The notes beneath the pieces were generated by a model. It saw only the letters and a program-made list of their open reading frames with translations. It made no database searches and was not told the DNA's origin. From positions 63,651 to 127,650 of the forward strand of contig JAQGOP010000043.1 in the NCBI GenBank assembly GCA_028293545.1: a stretch of 64,000 bases of DNA, written 5' to 3'. The translations under genes were made by a program, and so were the position numbers. Source of the stretch: Verrucomicrobiota bacterium (lineage in GTDB: Bacteria > Verrucomicrobiota > Verrucomicrobiia > Opitutales > Opitutaceae). Position 1 is the first letter of the stretch. Each line of letters begins with the position of its first letter. Positions 44,538 to 55,818 of the stretch are shown piece after piece.

Positions 44538-46829
44538 ATGGCTTCACCCTCTGGTCAGGACGTCGAACCCTATATTTCGCCTGAGACGTCGATGAAGGAG
44601 TTCACGGTGCGAGCCGTGCTCACGGGTGCGATCCTCGGGCTCATCTTCGGCGCTTCGTCGCTCTATCTGGTGCTCAAGGTCGGCCTCACCGTCAGCGCGT
44701 CGATTCCCGTGGCGGTCATTTCCCTCGCGATGTTTCGCGCATGGTCGAAGGTCGGCGGACGCGATTCGACCATCCTCGAAAACAACATCACCCAGACTGC
44801 GGGCTCGGCGGGTGAGTCGCTCGCGTTCGGCATCGGCGTCACCATGCCGGCGATCCTGATCCTCGGTTTTGATCTCGACCTCTCCCGCGTCATGCTGGTC
44901 GCGATGCTCGGCGGCCTGCTCGGCATCCTGATGATGATCCCGCTGCGGCGCGCGCTGATCGTGAAGGAGCACGGCGTGCTCAAATATCCGGAAGGCACCG
45001 CTTGCGCCGCTGTGTTGAAAGCCGGGGCCTCTGCGGCCTGCCGGGCGCAGGCCTCGCCGGCCGCCCAGGCCGAGATGCGCGCGGCCGAAGCCGCGGGCCT
45101 CGGCCAGTCGCCGGGCGCCAGGGTGATCTTTGCCGGCTTCGGCCTCGGCCTGCTCTATAAAACACTGAATGTCGCGTTCAAGGGCTGGAAGGATGTCCCG
45201 GAAAAAATCTTCGGGGCTCCCTTCAAGGCGGGATCCCTCAGCGTGGAAATTTCCCCGGAACTCCTCGGCGTCGGCTATATCATCGGGCCGCGCATCGCTT
45301 CCATCATGTGCGCCGGCGGCGTGCTGAGCTACCTGGTCCTGATTCCGTTGATCAAGTTTTTCGGCGACGCGATCCCCGGCCCGCTGGCGCCGGGCCTGAT
45401 CCCGATTTCAGCAATGGGGCCGAGCCAGATCCGCAGCGCCTATATTCTCTACATCGGCGCCGGTGCTGTGGCCGCCGGCGGAATCATCAGCCTTGTGCAG
45501 TCCCTGCCGACCATCTGGCACGGGCTTCGCGGCGGATTGAAGGACCTGGGTTTTTCAAAAGGTGGAGCGGGTTTCGGGGCCACTCTCCGCACCGATCGCG
45601 ATCTTTCGATGAAGTTTGTCGGCATCGGCATCGTCGTGGTCGTGGCCGTGGTCACCTTCGCCCAGCCGCTCCACATGAACCTGCTCGGGGCGGTGCTGGT
45701 CGTGGTGTTTGGATTCCTCTTCGTCACGGTTTCCTCGCGGTTGACCGGTGAGATCGGCTCCTCCTCCAATCCGATTTCCGGCATGACCGTCGCGACGCTG
45801 CTCTTTACCTGCCTGATTTTCCTGTTGGTGGGCTGGACGGGCAACGCCTACTACGTGACGGCGCTCTCGGTGGGCGCGATTGTCTGCATCGCGGCTTCGA
45901 ATGGCGGCTCAACGTCGCAGGATCTCAAGACCGGCCACCTCCTCGGCGCGACGCCGAAATACCAGCAGCTCGCGATCATCGCCGGGAGCATGTTGTCGGC
46001 TGCGCTGCTCGGGCCGATTCTCCTGAAGCTCAACGAAGTCGCGACCGTGTATGTCCCCGCTGCGCAAGTGGCGCCCGCGGGCTTGCACGCCGACCCGGGC
46101 AAGTTGGAAAAAATCGAAACGTTGCACGGACCCCAGCATCGCGACGACGCGAACAGTTACCACGTCTGGCAGAAGACGAATGACGTCGGCGGGCCGGCCG
46201 GGCGCTACCTCGTGAATGACGCGGGCAACGCGGTCTGGCTCGTCGATCCCGGCATCAACGGCGCGTACAGCACGCGGCCCGATGGCACGACGGTGCGAAA
46301 ATTCGACGCGCCGAAGGCGACGCTGATGTCGTATATCATCAAGGGCATCCTCGACCGGAAGCTTCCCTGGGCGCTGGTGTTGTTGGGCGTGATGATTGCG
46401 GTGACGCTCCAGCTTTCGTTCATTCCCGCGCTGGCGTTCGCGGTCGGCGTCTATCTGCCGCTGTCTTCGTCGAGCCCGATTTTCATCGGTGGATTTATCC
46501 GCTGGATGGTCGACTACCGCACGCGGAAGCAGGCGTCGCACACGCATCTCACGGACGACCAGTTCATCGAGGAGAGCGATAAGAGTTCGGGCGTACTCCT
46601 GGCTTCCGGCTACATCGCCGGCGGGGCGATCGCGGGGATCGTCATCGCGTTCCTGGCCGGCGTGCTCGATCGCTTCGACGCGGCGCTGACCACGTGGTCG
46701 ACGGCGCACAATCCCTTTTTCGATGGACCCAATTCCGACCTGCTCTCGATGCTGCCGTTCGTCGTGCTCTGTGCGCTGCTGTATTATGTCGGCCGGGACA
46801 AACTGCTGGCGCCGCGACGGCGGGTTTGA
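44538..46829 (+). CDS. OPT-family oligopeptide transporter
   Basis: Start at ATG 44538; long polytopic protein with OPT-type organisation (...EFTVRAVLTGAILGLIFGASSLYLVLKVGLTVSASIP...). The upstream part of the track ORF lies in the REP-D repeat. Confidence 0.85.
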   Translation: MASPSGQDVEPYISPETSMKEFTVRAVLTGAILGLIFGASSLYLVLKVGLTVSASIPVAVISLAMFRAWSKVGGRDSTILENNITQTAGSAGESLAFGIGVTMPAILILGFDLDLSRVMLVAMLGGLLGILMMIPLRRALIVKEHGVLKYPEGTACAAVLKAGASAACRAQASPAAQAEMRAAEAAGLGQSPGARVIFAGFGLGLLYKTLNVAFKGWKDVPEKIFGAPFKAGSLSVEISPELLGVGYIIGPRIASIMCAGGVLSYLVLIPLIKFFGDAIPGPLAPGLIPISAMGPSQIRSAYILYIGAGAVAAGGIISLVQSLPTIWHGLRGGLKDLGFSKGGAGFGATLRTDRDLSMKFVGIGIVVVVAVVTFAQPLHMNLLGAVLVVVFGFLFVTVSSRLTGEIGSSSNPISGMTVATLLFTCLIFLLVGWTGNAYYVTALSVGAIVCIAASNGGSTSQDLKTGHLLGATPKYQQLAIIAGSMLSAALLGPILLKLNEVATVYVPAAQVAPAGLHADPGKLEKIETLHGPQHRDDANSYHVWQKTNDVGGPAGRYLVNDAGNAVWLVDPGINGAYSTRPDGTTVRKFDAPKATLMSYIIKGILDRKLPWALVLLGVMIAVTLQLSFIPALAFAVGVYLPLSSSSPIFIGGFIRWMVDYRTRKQASHTHLTDDQFIEESDKSSGVLLASGYIAGGAIAGIVIAFLAGVLDRFDAALTTWSTAHNPFFDGPNSDLLSMLPFVVLCALLYYVGRDKLLAPRRRV

Positions 46830-46830
46830 T

Positions 46831-46857
46831 GTAGCGCAGGATGCCTGAGCTGCCTCG
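46831..46857 (+). repeat. degenerate REP-A copy 1 nt after the OPT stop
   Basis: GTAGCGCAGGATGCCTGAGCTGCCTCG. Confidence 0.6.
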
Positions 46858-46862
46858 GCCAC

Positions 46863-47336
46863 TCATTCCTCGCCGTCGTAGTAGTCGGCTTCGGTCATGC
46901 GGAAATATTTTCCGTGCGGGCGCAGGCCCCATTTGCCGGCGTCGGGATAGTGGAAGATGTCGACGGGCGGATTGTCGGCGATGATGTAGAAAATCAGGTC
47001 CTTCCTGCCCAGGTTTGTGATCTGGTGCGCCTCGCCGGGCGGGTGCATGAAAGCGTCGCCGGCTTTCACGGTGTATTGCTTGCGTCCGGCGCGCACGGAG
47101 CCGGTCCCGCTGACGATCACAAACATTTCCCACTGGGTGGTGTGGCTGTGGAACGGGCACGGCTTTTTACCCGGGGCCACCTTGGTTAGCTCAACGTTAA
47201 AGGGATGGCCACCCTTCGGCCAGGCGTTGCGGGAGTCGCCGAGCTTTTCCGAGATCTGCTTCGACGAAGACTGGTATTTTCCGCCGGGGGAGGTGTCTTT
47301 CGTCCAAGGGATTTTCGCGACGTTGATCTTTTTCAT
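46863..47336 (-). CDS. cupin-domain protein
   Basis: Start at ATG 47336; HSHTTQWEMFVIVSG...PPGEAHQ cupin metal motifs. Confidence 0.8.
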   Translation of the reverse strand: MKKINVAKIPWTKDTSPGGKYQSSSKQISEKLGDSRNAWPKGGHPFNVELTKVAPGKKPCPFHSHTTQWEMFVIVSGTGSVRAGRKQYTVKAGDAFMHPPGEAHQITNLGRKDLIFYIIADNPPVDIFHYPDAGKWGLRPHGKYFRMTEADYYDGEE

Positions 47337-47337
47337 G

Positions 47338-47364
47338 GGAAGTAGCGCCGGCGGCCCGCCTGCC
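47338..47364 (+). repeat. REP-A copy
   Basis: GGAAGTAGCGCCGGCGGCCCGCCTGCC. Confidence 0.8.
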
Positions 47365-47522
47365 TTGGGTCCGTTCCAATCCAGCAAATCTAATCGGAGC
47401 GTGTAGAGTGTGAGCGGGCGAATCCGGAACTACCGGTGCCGGACCAAACGCTCCCTCAGGATTCGTACCTCTTCGTGTCCATTCGTGGTTAACTCGCCCG
47501 GGCAAACTGCGAACGGGTGCGG

Positions 47523-48326
47523 TTACAGGCGCTCGTTGATCACGGGGTTGGTGAGCGTGCCGATCTTTTCGATTTCGATGCTGATCGTGTCGCCTTCCTT
47601 CAGGAAGATCGGCGGCTTGCGCGCGAAACCCACGCCGTGCGGGGTGCCGGTCAGGATCACGGTTCCCGGCAGGAGGGTTTTGCTGCCGCTGAGGAATTCG
47701 ATCAGGGTCGGCACGTCGAAGCACATGTCGTTCGTGTTCCAATCCTGGAGCGCGGTGCCGTTGAGGATGGTTTTGATCGCGAGCGCGTTGGGATTGGGGA
47801 TGTCCTCGCGCGTGACGAGCGCCGGCCCGAGCGGGCAGAACGTATCGAAGCTCTTGCCCTGGCAAAATTGACCGCCGCCCCACTTGTTCTGCCAGTCGCG
47901 CGCGGAGACGTCGTTGGCGCAGGTATATCCGAGCACGTAGTTGAGCGCGTCGGCCTTCGAGACGTTCTTGCAGCGTCGGCCGATCACGACGGCGAGCTCG
48001 CATTCGTAATCGACCTCGGTGCTGGCGCGGCGCTGCGGGATTTCAATCGGGTCGCCGGGATTCTGCACGGCGTTGAGGCTCTTCATGAAGAGCATCGGCT
48101 GCGCGGGCACGCCCTTGCCGCCTTCCTCGGCGTGTTTCTTGTAGTTCAGGCCGACGGCCAGGATGTTCGTGGGCATGAGCGGCGCGAGCAGCTTGCCCGG
48201 CTTGACCACGCGATCGGTGACGTGGAAGTCGCCGAAAATGTCGCCGGAAATTTCGCGGGCTGATCCGTCCGGCTGGAGTGAAGCGTAAGCGGGTCCGGAG
48301 GGGGTGAGGTGACGGATGATTTTCAT
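47523..48326 (-). CDS. fumarylacetoacetate hydrolase (FAH) family protein
   Basis: AVGLNYKKHAEE, EVDYECELAVVIG and GTPHGVG. Confidence 0.88.
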   Translation of the reverse strand: MKIIRHLTPSGPAYASLQPDGSAREISGDIFGDFHVTDRVVKPGKLLAPLMPTNILAVGLNYKKHAEEGGKGVPAQPMLFMKSLNAVQNPGDPIEIPQRRASTEVDYECELAVVIGRRCKNVSKADALNYVLGYTCANDVSARDWQNKWGGGQFCQGKSFDTFCPLGPALVTREDIPNPNALAIKTILNGTALQDWNTNDMCFDVPTLIEFLSGSKTLLPGTVILTGTPHGVGFARKPPIFLKEGDTISIEIEKIGTLTNPVINERL

Positions 48327-48458
48327 GGGAGAGCAAACCCAGCAAGATACGCGCGGCAGCAGGGCGCAAGGCTGGGCAATTTCGGATATCGTGCATTGAA
48401 ATCCGACCTATCCGGTTTCCGGTATCCGCAATCCGCAATTCACCCGTCCGCCCTGGAT

Positions 48459-51392
<2,934 letters not shown>

Positions 51393-51464
51393 TTAAGGGT
51401 TTGTTTCGGACCCGAAAGCCGGTCTGTTGGTGAAGTTCTCCCGGCCGCCCGGGAAAAATGAAAT

Positions 51465-52133
51465 ATGAAGCTTTCCCCCGACTACCGTTCGCGCCAAGCG
51501 CGCGCCGACTATGTGGATTGCCGGCTGGCCGAGCTTTATCCCGAGACGCCGGTGCCGCTGGATCACAAGGATGCGTACACGCTGCTCGTGGCGGTTTTGC
51601 TTTCGGCGCAGTGCACCGACAAACGCGTCAACCTGATCACCCCGCATTTATGGGCCCTGGCTGGCACGCCCGAGGAGATGACCCGGGTGCCGGTGGAGGA
51701 GATCCAGCGTGTCATCCGCCCGTGCGGATTATCGCCGCAGAAGGCGAAGGCGATCGCGGGGCTGTCGCGGATGCTGGTGGAGCAGCATGGCGGCCAGGTG
51801 CCGCGGACGTTCGAGGAGCTGGAGGCGTTGCCCGGGGTGGGGCACAAGACGGCGAGCGTGGTGATGGCGCAGGCGTTTGGGGTGCCGGCGTTCCCGGTCG
51901 ACACCCACATTCACCGGCTGGCGCAACGGTGGAAACTCAGCAGCGGGCGCAACGTGGTGCAGACCGAGAAGGACCTGAAGAAGCTTTTCCCGAAGGAGCA
52001 CTGGAACCAGCTGCACCTGCGGATCATTTTTTACGGCCGCGAATATTGCACGGCGTACAGCTGCGATGGGAAGACCTGCGAAATTTGCCGCAGGTTTTGG
52101 GGCAAGGAGTCCGACCGTGGCGACGCCACCTGA
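51465..52133 (+). CDS. nth: endonuclease III
   Basis: LLVAVLLSAQCTDKRVN, HhH-GPD LPGVGHKTASVV and a C-terminal four-Cys cluster. Confidence 0.92.
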   Translation: MKLSPDYRSRQARADYVDCRLAELYPETPVPLDHKDAYTLLVAVLLSAQCTDKRVNLITPHLWALAGTPEEMTRVPVEEIQRVIRPCGLSPQKAKAIAGLSRMLVEQHGGQVPRTFEELEALPGVGHKTASVVMAQAFGVPAFPVDTHIHRLAQRWKLSSGRNVVQTEKDLKKLFPKEHWNQLHLRIIFYGREYCTAYSCDGKTCEICRRFWGKESDRGDAT

Positions 52134-52159
52134 GGGATTCGCGCGGCGCGAAAACTTCC

Positions 52160-52960
52160 TTAGAAGCCGAAGCCGATCTTGGTGACCTGCTCGGCGGCGC
52201 GCTGGTTGCAGGATTCCAGGTCGGTGATCGTGAGATCGGAGCGGATGAGGGTCTTCTCGTTCTTCACGCCGTAGTGCCAGTCGGCGATCGCGACGGCGCG
52301 GCTGAGGAGGCGGGCGAGGGCGCGGGCTTCGTCGTTTTCGCAGGCCGACGGGGCGATCTGCCACACTACCGCCTCGGAAATTTCCGGCGAAAAACCCCAT
52401 TTCGAAAGCGCGGCGCCGCCGGCGTCGGCAAAGGAGACGCCGAGGCGAAGCTCCTCGAGCTGGGCCTGCATCGCGAGTTCGCGCTCCTTGATGGAAGCAG
52501 GGGCGTGCGGGAAAACGCTGCACAGCACCCAGACCCCGACCAGGTGCATGATGCCGACAGTGTAAGCGGAGGGATCGCGCTCGCTGATTTCGTCGATGAC
52601 GAAGGCGGTGTGCAGCGAGCGTTCCCAGAAGTGGTTCGCGGTGTCGGTGTAGAGATGCGTCGGGAATTTACGGAGGTCGGTGAGCGCGACGATCTGCACG
52701 ATGCGGGAAACTTCGGTCATGCCCATGCGCATCACGGCGCTGCGGATGTCGGTGGTCGGCTCGCCGCGGGAGTAGTAAGGACTGTTGCACGCGGCGACAA
52801 CGCGGGCGGTGAGGGCGGCGTCGGCGTTGAACAGTTCGGCCACTTCGCTGAGCTGGGCGTCCGGCTGGCGGACGGTGGAGATCAGGCGCGAAAGCACGCG
52901 CGGCCCACTGGGCAGTTTCGCGAGATCGATACACGCGCTAATTTCCTGGTGGGACATCAT
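52160..52960 (-). CDS. HDOD domain-containing signalling protein
   Basis: Start at the MMSHQE... Met pair (52960). LPSGPRVLSRLISTV...DAALTARVVAACNSPYY...MGMTEV pattern of HDOD domains. The rest of the 471-aa track ORF is rejected. Confidence 0.8.
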   Translation of the reverse strand: MMSHQEISACIDLAKLPSGPRVLSRLISTVRQPDAQLSEVAELFNADAALTARVVAACNSPYYSRGEPTTDIRSAVMRMGMTEVSRIVQIVALTDLRKFPTHLYTDTANHFWERSLHTAFVIDEISERDPSAYTVGIMHLVGVWVLCSVFPHAPASIKERELAMQAQLEELRLGVSFADAGGAALSKWGFSPEISEAVVWQIAPSACENDEARALARLLSRAVAIADWHYGVKNEKTLIRSDLTITDLESCNQRAAEQVTKIGFGF

Positions 52961-53134
52961 GGCCCCACCTGTATCGGCACGGCGCACGAGGTACCTTAGG
53001 ACTATGTGCGAGGCGAAAATACTGGGCACATTCCCAGCTTCGGGCGGTTCCGGCTCACTCCAGGCCCCGGCGCCGTACCTGCGCTCCGGCCATTCATGTT
53101 TGATCGCTGAGCATCGGGCGGGCAGGCTCGCCGC

Positions 53135-53560
53135 ATGCCCAAAGCGCTCCCCACCCCCGACGAATTCCTCGGCGCCCTCCCCGCCGATCGCCGCGACACG
53201 ATGACGACCCTGCACCAGGCAATCCGCAAAGCCGTGCCGAAGCTCGCGCCGGCCATGATGTCCGGCATGGGAGCGTCGCCCCTCATCGGCTACGGGAAGT
53301 ATCACTACAAGTCTTCCAGCGGTCGCGAGGGCGACTGGTTCCTGATCGGACTCGCGGCGGGGAAAAAAGACTACAGCCTCCACATTTGTGCCGGCGACAA
53401 GGACGGTTACCTCGTCGAGCGGAATGCCGCGAAGCTCGGCAAGGTGAAGACCGGCCGCAGTTGCATCAACTTCAAGAAACTCGAGGACCTGAAGCTCGAC
53501 GTTGCGATGGGACTCGTGAAACAGGCTGCGAAATCCGGGGGAATCAATGCCGTGATGTGA
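53135..53560 (+). CDS. DUF1801 (YdhG-like) domain protein
   Basis: 141 aa; ...IGYGKYHYKSSSGREGDWFLIGLAAGKKDYSLHI...CINFKKLEDL... (motif-level recognition). Confidence 0.7.
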   Translation: MPKALPTPDEFLGALPADRRDTMTTLHQAIRKAVPKLAPAMMSGMGASPLIGYGKYHYKSSSGREGDWFLIGLAAGKKDYSLHICAGDKDGYLVERNAAKLGKVKTGRSCINFKKLEDLKLDVAMGLVKQAAKSGGINAVM

Positions 53561-53613
53561 TGTCGCGCCTATCACGGGTTAGCCTCCTCCCGCATCCCCC
53601 AATTTTGGGCACT

Positions 53614-53646
53614 AAAAAGCCCGCAACTCTTGAAGTAGCGGGCTTT
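53614..53646. terminator. bidirectional intrinsic terminator
   Basis: AAAAAGCCCGC-(13 nt)-GCGGGCTTT, with a T-tract on both strands. Serves the + strand DUF1801 gene and the - strand tRNA. Confidence 0.7.
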
Positions 53647-53652
53647 AAAGAT

Positions 53653-53728
53653 GGTGGACGCTGGCGGACTCGAACCGCCGACCCCGTGCGTGTGAAGCAC
53701 GTGCTCTAACCAACTGAGCTAAGCGTCC
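53653..53728 (-). tRNA. tRNA-Val (anticodon CAC), CCA encoded
   Basis: Reverse strand GGACGCTTAGCTCAGTTGGTTAGAGCACGTGCTTCACACGCACGGGGTCGGCGGTTCGAGTCCGCCAGCGTCCACCA. Cloverleaf foldable; anticodon loop TTCACAC. Confidence 0.95.
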
Positions 53729-53868
53729 GATTGGGAGGCGAGAACGTGAACAGCCACCGCTGGCGAATCAATCCCGTTTTCTGGACCGGTGATATCCCCG
53801 CATTAGTGGGTCGATCCGGGCTTGTCCGAGGACTCCGCGGTGGAAAATTGCGGGGAGCGTTTCGCGCT

Positions 53869-55608
53869 CTACAAATTCCGAAATCGGTGACGCGTCCCGG
53901 GAGCTAATTCTTCCTTGAGATCGCCTCGGCACAGCGTGGCGGTGACGCCCATCGGCAGCGTGATTTCCCCGGTTCCGTCGCGGCGAATCGCCACGCTGAT
54001 ATTTCCATGGGGCGTGGGAATTTCGCCTTCGGCCCAGGCCAGGTCACCGAGGGTGGGCCGAATTTCCACGCGGCTGTAACCGGGCGCGGTCGGGACGACG
54101 CCAAGGATTTTTGCGGGGAGGAGATTCGCCGGCCCCGCCGACCAACCGTGGCAATGGCTCCGGCCGGCGGCCACGATGTGATCGATGCCGGGTACGCGAC
54201 GATCGACCAGCTCCCACGTCGTCGTCGCGCCGCTGCGGAGCATCTGCCCGTAGTACGAGCGCATCTCGTCGAGCGCGGCTTGCGCAAGGCCGGCATCGAA
54301 CCACGCCTGCAGCAGGTAAAACTCCATGAACCCCGCCATCGGCCGCCGCACCGCTGCATCGGACTGAAGGCGCGGAAAAATCTCCCGCATCTCCGCCGGC
54401 GTGATCGCACCCGCGAGAAAGGCCGCGGCATGCGCGTGCCAGCTGCGCGTCGATCCGGCGATGACGTCGTCGCGGCTCTCGGCGCGCGCCGGGTCGCCGA
54501 ACAGCGCGGCCGCCTCGGGCAAGCGCGCGCGGTGCTGTTCGCGGTAGCCACGGGCCCGTTCGTGATCTCCCAGGAGCTCCGCGATTTTCGCGCCATCGGC
54601 AAACGCCGCCGCGATCTGGTAGGCGAGGGTGGCACGGCTGCCCCACCAGTTTTCCTGGTCGACCTGGTTGTCGGTGATGAACGTGTCGGCGATCTTTGTC
54701 CGGAGGACATCGACCTTGCCCAGGAAATCCAGCACGCCGCGCGTCGTTTCGTCCAAGGCGTGGGCGAGCGAAACGTCGCCGGTGTGGAGCACGTATTCCC
54801 CCACGCTGGAAACAAAATCGGCGCAGTAGTTGGCCAGCACCCAGCGGTGCAATCCTCCCGGCGTGGAGAGGTCGCCGAGGTATTTTATCCGCGGGTACAT
54901 GTGCCCGCCGGCGAGCAACGCCACGGCGGAGAGGCTGCCGTTTTCGTGACGGCATTGGGCGAACATTTCCAAGCTCCGCCGCGCCAGTGCCGCGTCCCCG
55001 AAGAGATAATGCGCGCACAGGAATTCCACGCGGTAGTCGCCGATCCAAAGCATGCCGTCGCGCTTGACGCCGTCCTCGTAGAATCCCTGCAGGCAGAGCC
55101 GCAGGGTGCGCCGGCTGATTGCCCAGGCTTGGTTGAGCAGGTCGTCGGAACAGTTGAAGGCACCGCGGTCCTCGACGGGCGCGTGCTCGAGGATCGCCCG
55201 CACCGCGCCGAGGCGAACGATCCCCGGGCCGTGGTTGATCACGTTGACGAAACGGAAAGCGCGACGCCCTTGGTTGCTTGCGACCTGCGGCCCCGCGGCG
55301 AGCGGGAGGATATCGTGCGGTTGATGATACCAATGATCAGGCGGAAACGGATCCTTCAACAACAGGGCCTCCTCGAGGTCCTCGCCCTCGATCAGCTCCA
55401 GGGTCGTTTCGCCGCTGGCCTCGATCGTCATTTCGAGCACGCCGACCACTTCCTCGCCGAAATCCAGAACGAGCGAAGCCGCGGAGGGCAGCGAAGTGAC
55501 CCCGCCGCGAAGGCAGTTGTCAGGCTCGATGGCACCGCTGCTCTGCGCCACGGCGCGTGCGAAAACCGGCGTCTTCACCAGCGGCGGCGGCGGGGTAACA
55601 GCGACCAT
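53869..55608 (-). CDS. (alpha/alpha)6-barrel glycoside hydrolase, alpha-L-rhamnosidase-like (family assignment tentative)
   Basis: Start at ATG 55608; DGMLWIGDYRVE and HCHGWSAGPANLL motifs resembling rhamnosidase six-hairpin domains. Confidence 0.65.
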   Translation of the reverse strand: MVAVTPPPPLVKTPVFARAVAQSSGAIEPDNCLRGGVTSLPSAASLVLDFGEEVVGVLEMTIEASGETTLELIEGEDLEEALLLKDPFPPDHWYHQPHDILPLAAGPQVASNQGRRAFRFVNVINHGPGIVRLGAVRAILEHAPVEDRGAFNCSDDLLNQAWAISRRTLRLCLQGFYEDGVKRDGMLWIGDYRVEFLCAHYLFGDAALARRSLEMFAQCRHENGSLSAVALLAGGHMYPRIKYLGDLSTPGGLHRWVLANYCADFVSSVGEYVLHTGDVSLAHALDETTRGVLDFLGKVDVLRTKIADTFITDNQVDQENWWGSRATLAYQIAAAFADGAKIAELLGDHERARGYREQHRARLPEAAALFGDPARAESRDDVIAGSTRSWHAHAAAFLAGAITPAEMREIFPRLQSDAAVRRPMAGFMEFYLLQAWFDAGLAQAALDEMRSYYGQMLRSGATTTWELVDRRVPGIDHIVAAGRSHCHGWSAGPANLLPAKILGVVPTAPGYSRVEIRPTLGDLAWAEGEIPTPHGNISVAIRRDGTGEITLPMGVTATLCRGDLKEELAPGTRHRFRNL

Positions 55609-55818
55609 GGAGGGCAACACTGCGTCGCGTGCCAACCGGGGCAACACGCTTTGCTCCAGCGGGTTTGAGCCTCGCTTGGGGTGATTCCCTTCGGTCAGTC
55701 TGGCACGCGATGTGACATCAAACGGGCTGTTTGGCACTCCACTTGGCCCCACGGGTCCAGTGCACGGGGAAAAAACCCGTAAAACGTTTGGAACGCCGGC
55801 TGCAAAGGGAGGAGTACA

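Noticed and set aside
51393-51464. Glycine riboswitch upstream of gcvP
   Set aside because: Only about 70 nt separate gcvP from the divergent nth gene. GGGAGAA and CACCAA strings are present, but the conserved glycine-aptamer core (GGAGAG...CACCGAAGGGGCAA...) and the required length are not.
55701-55747. Two TGGCAC motifs upstream of clpB as sigma-54 promoters
   Set aside because: The better one reads TGGCAC-TCCAC-TTGGC, so the critical -12 GC is GG. The other has no TTGC at all. There is no enhancer-binding-protein gene nearby. This may be chance in GC-rich DNA.
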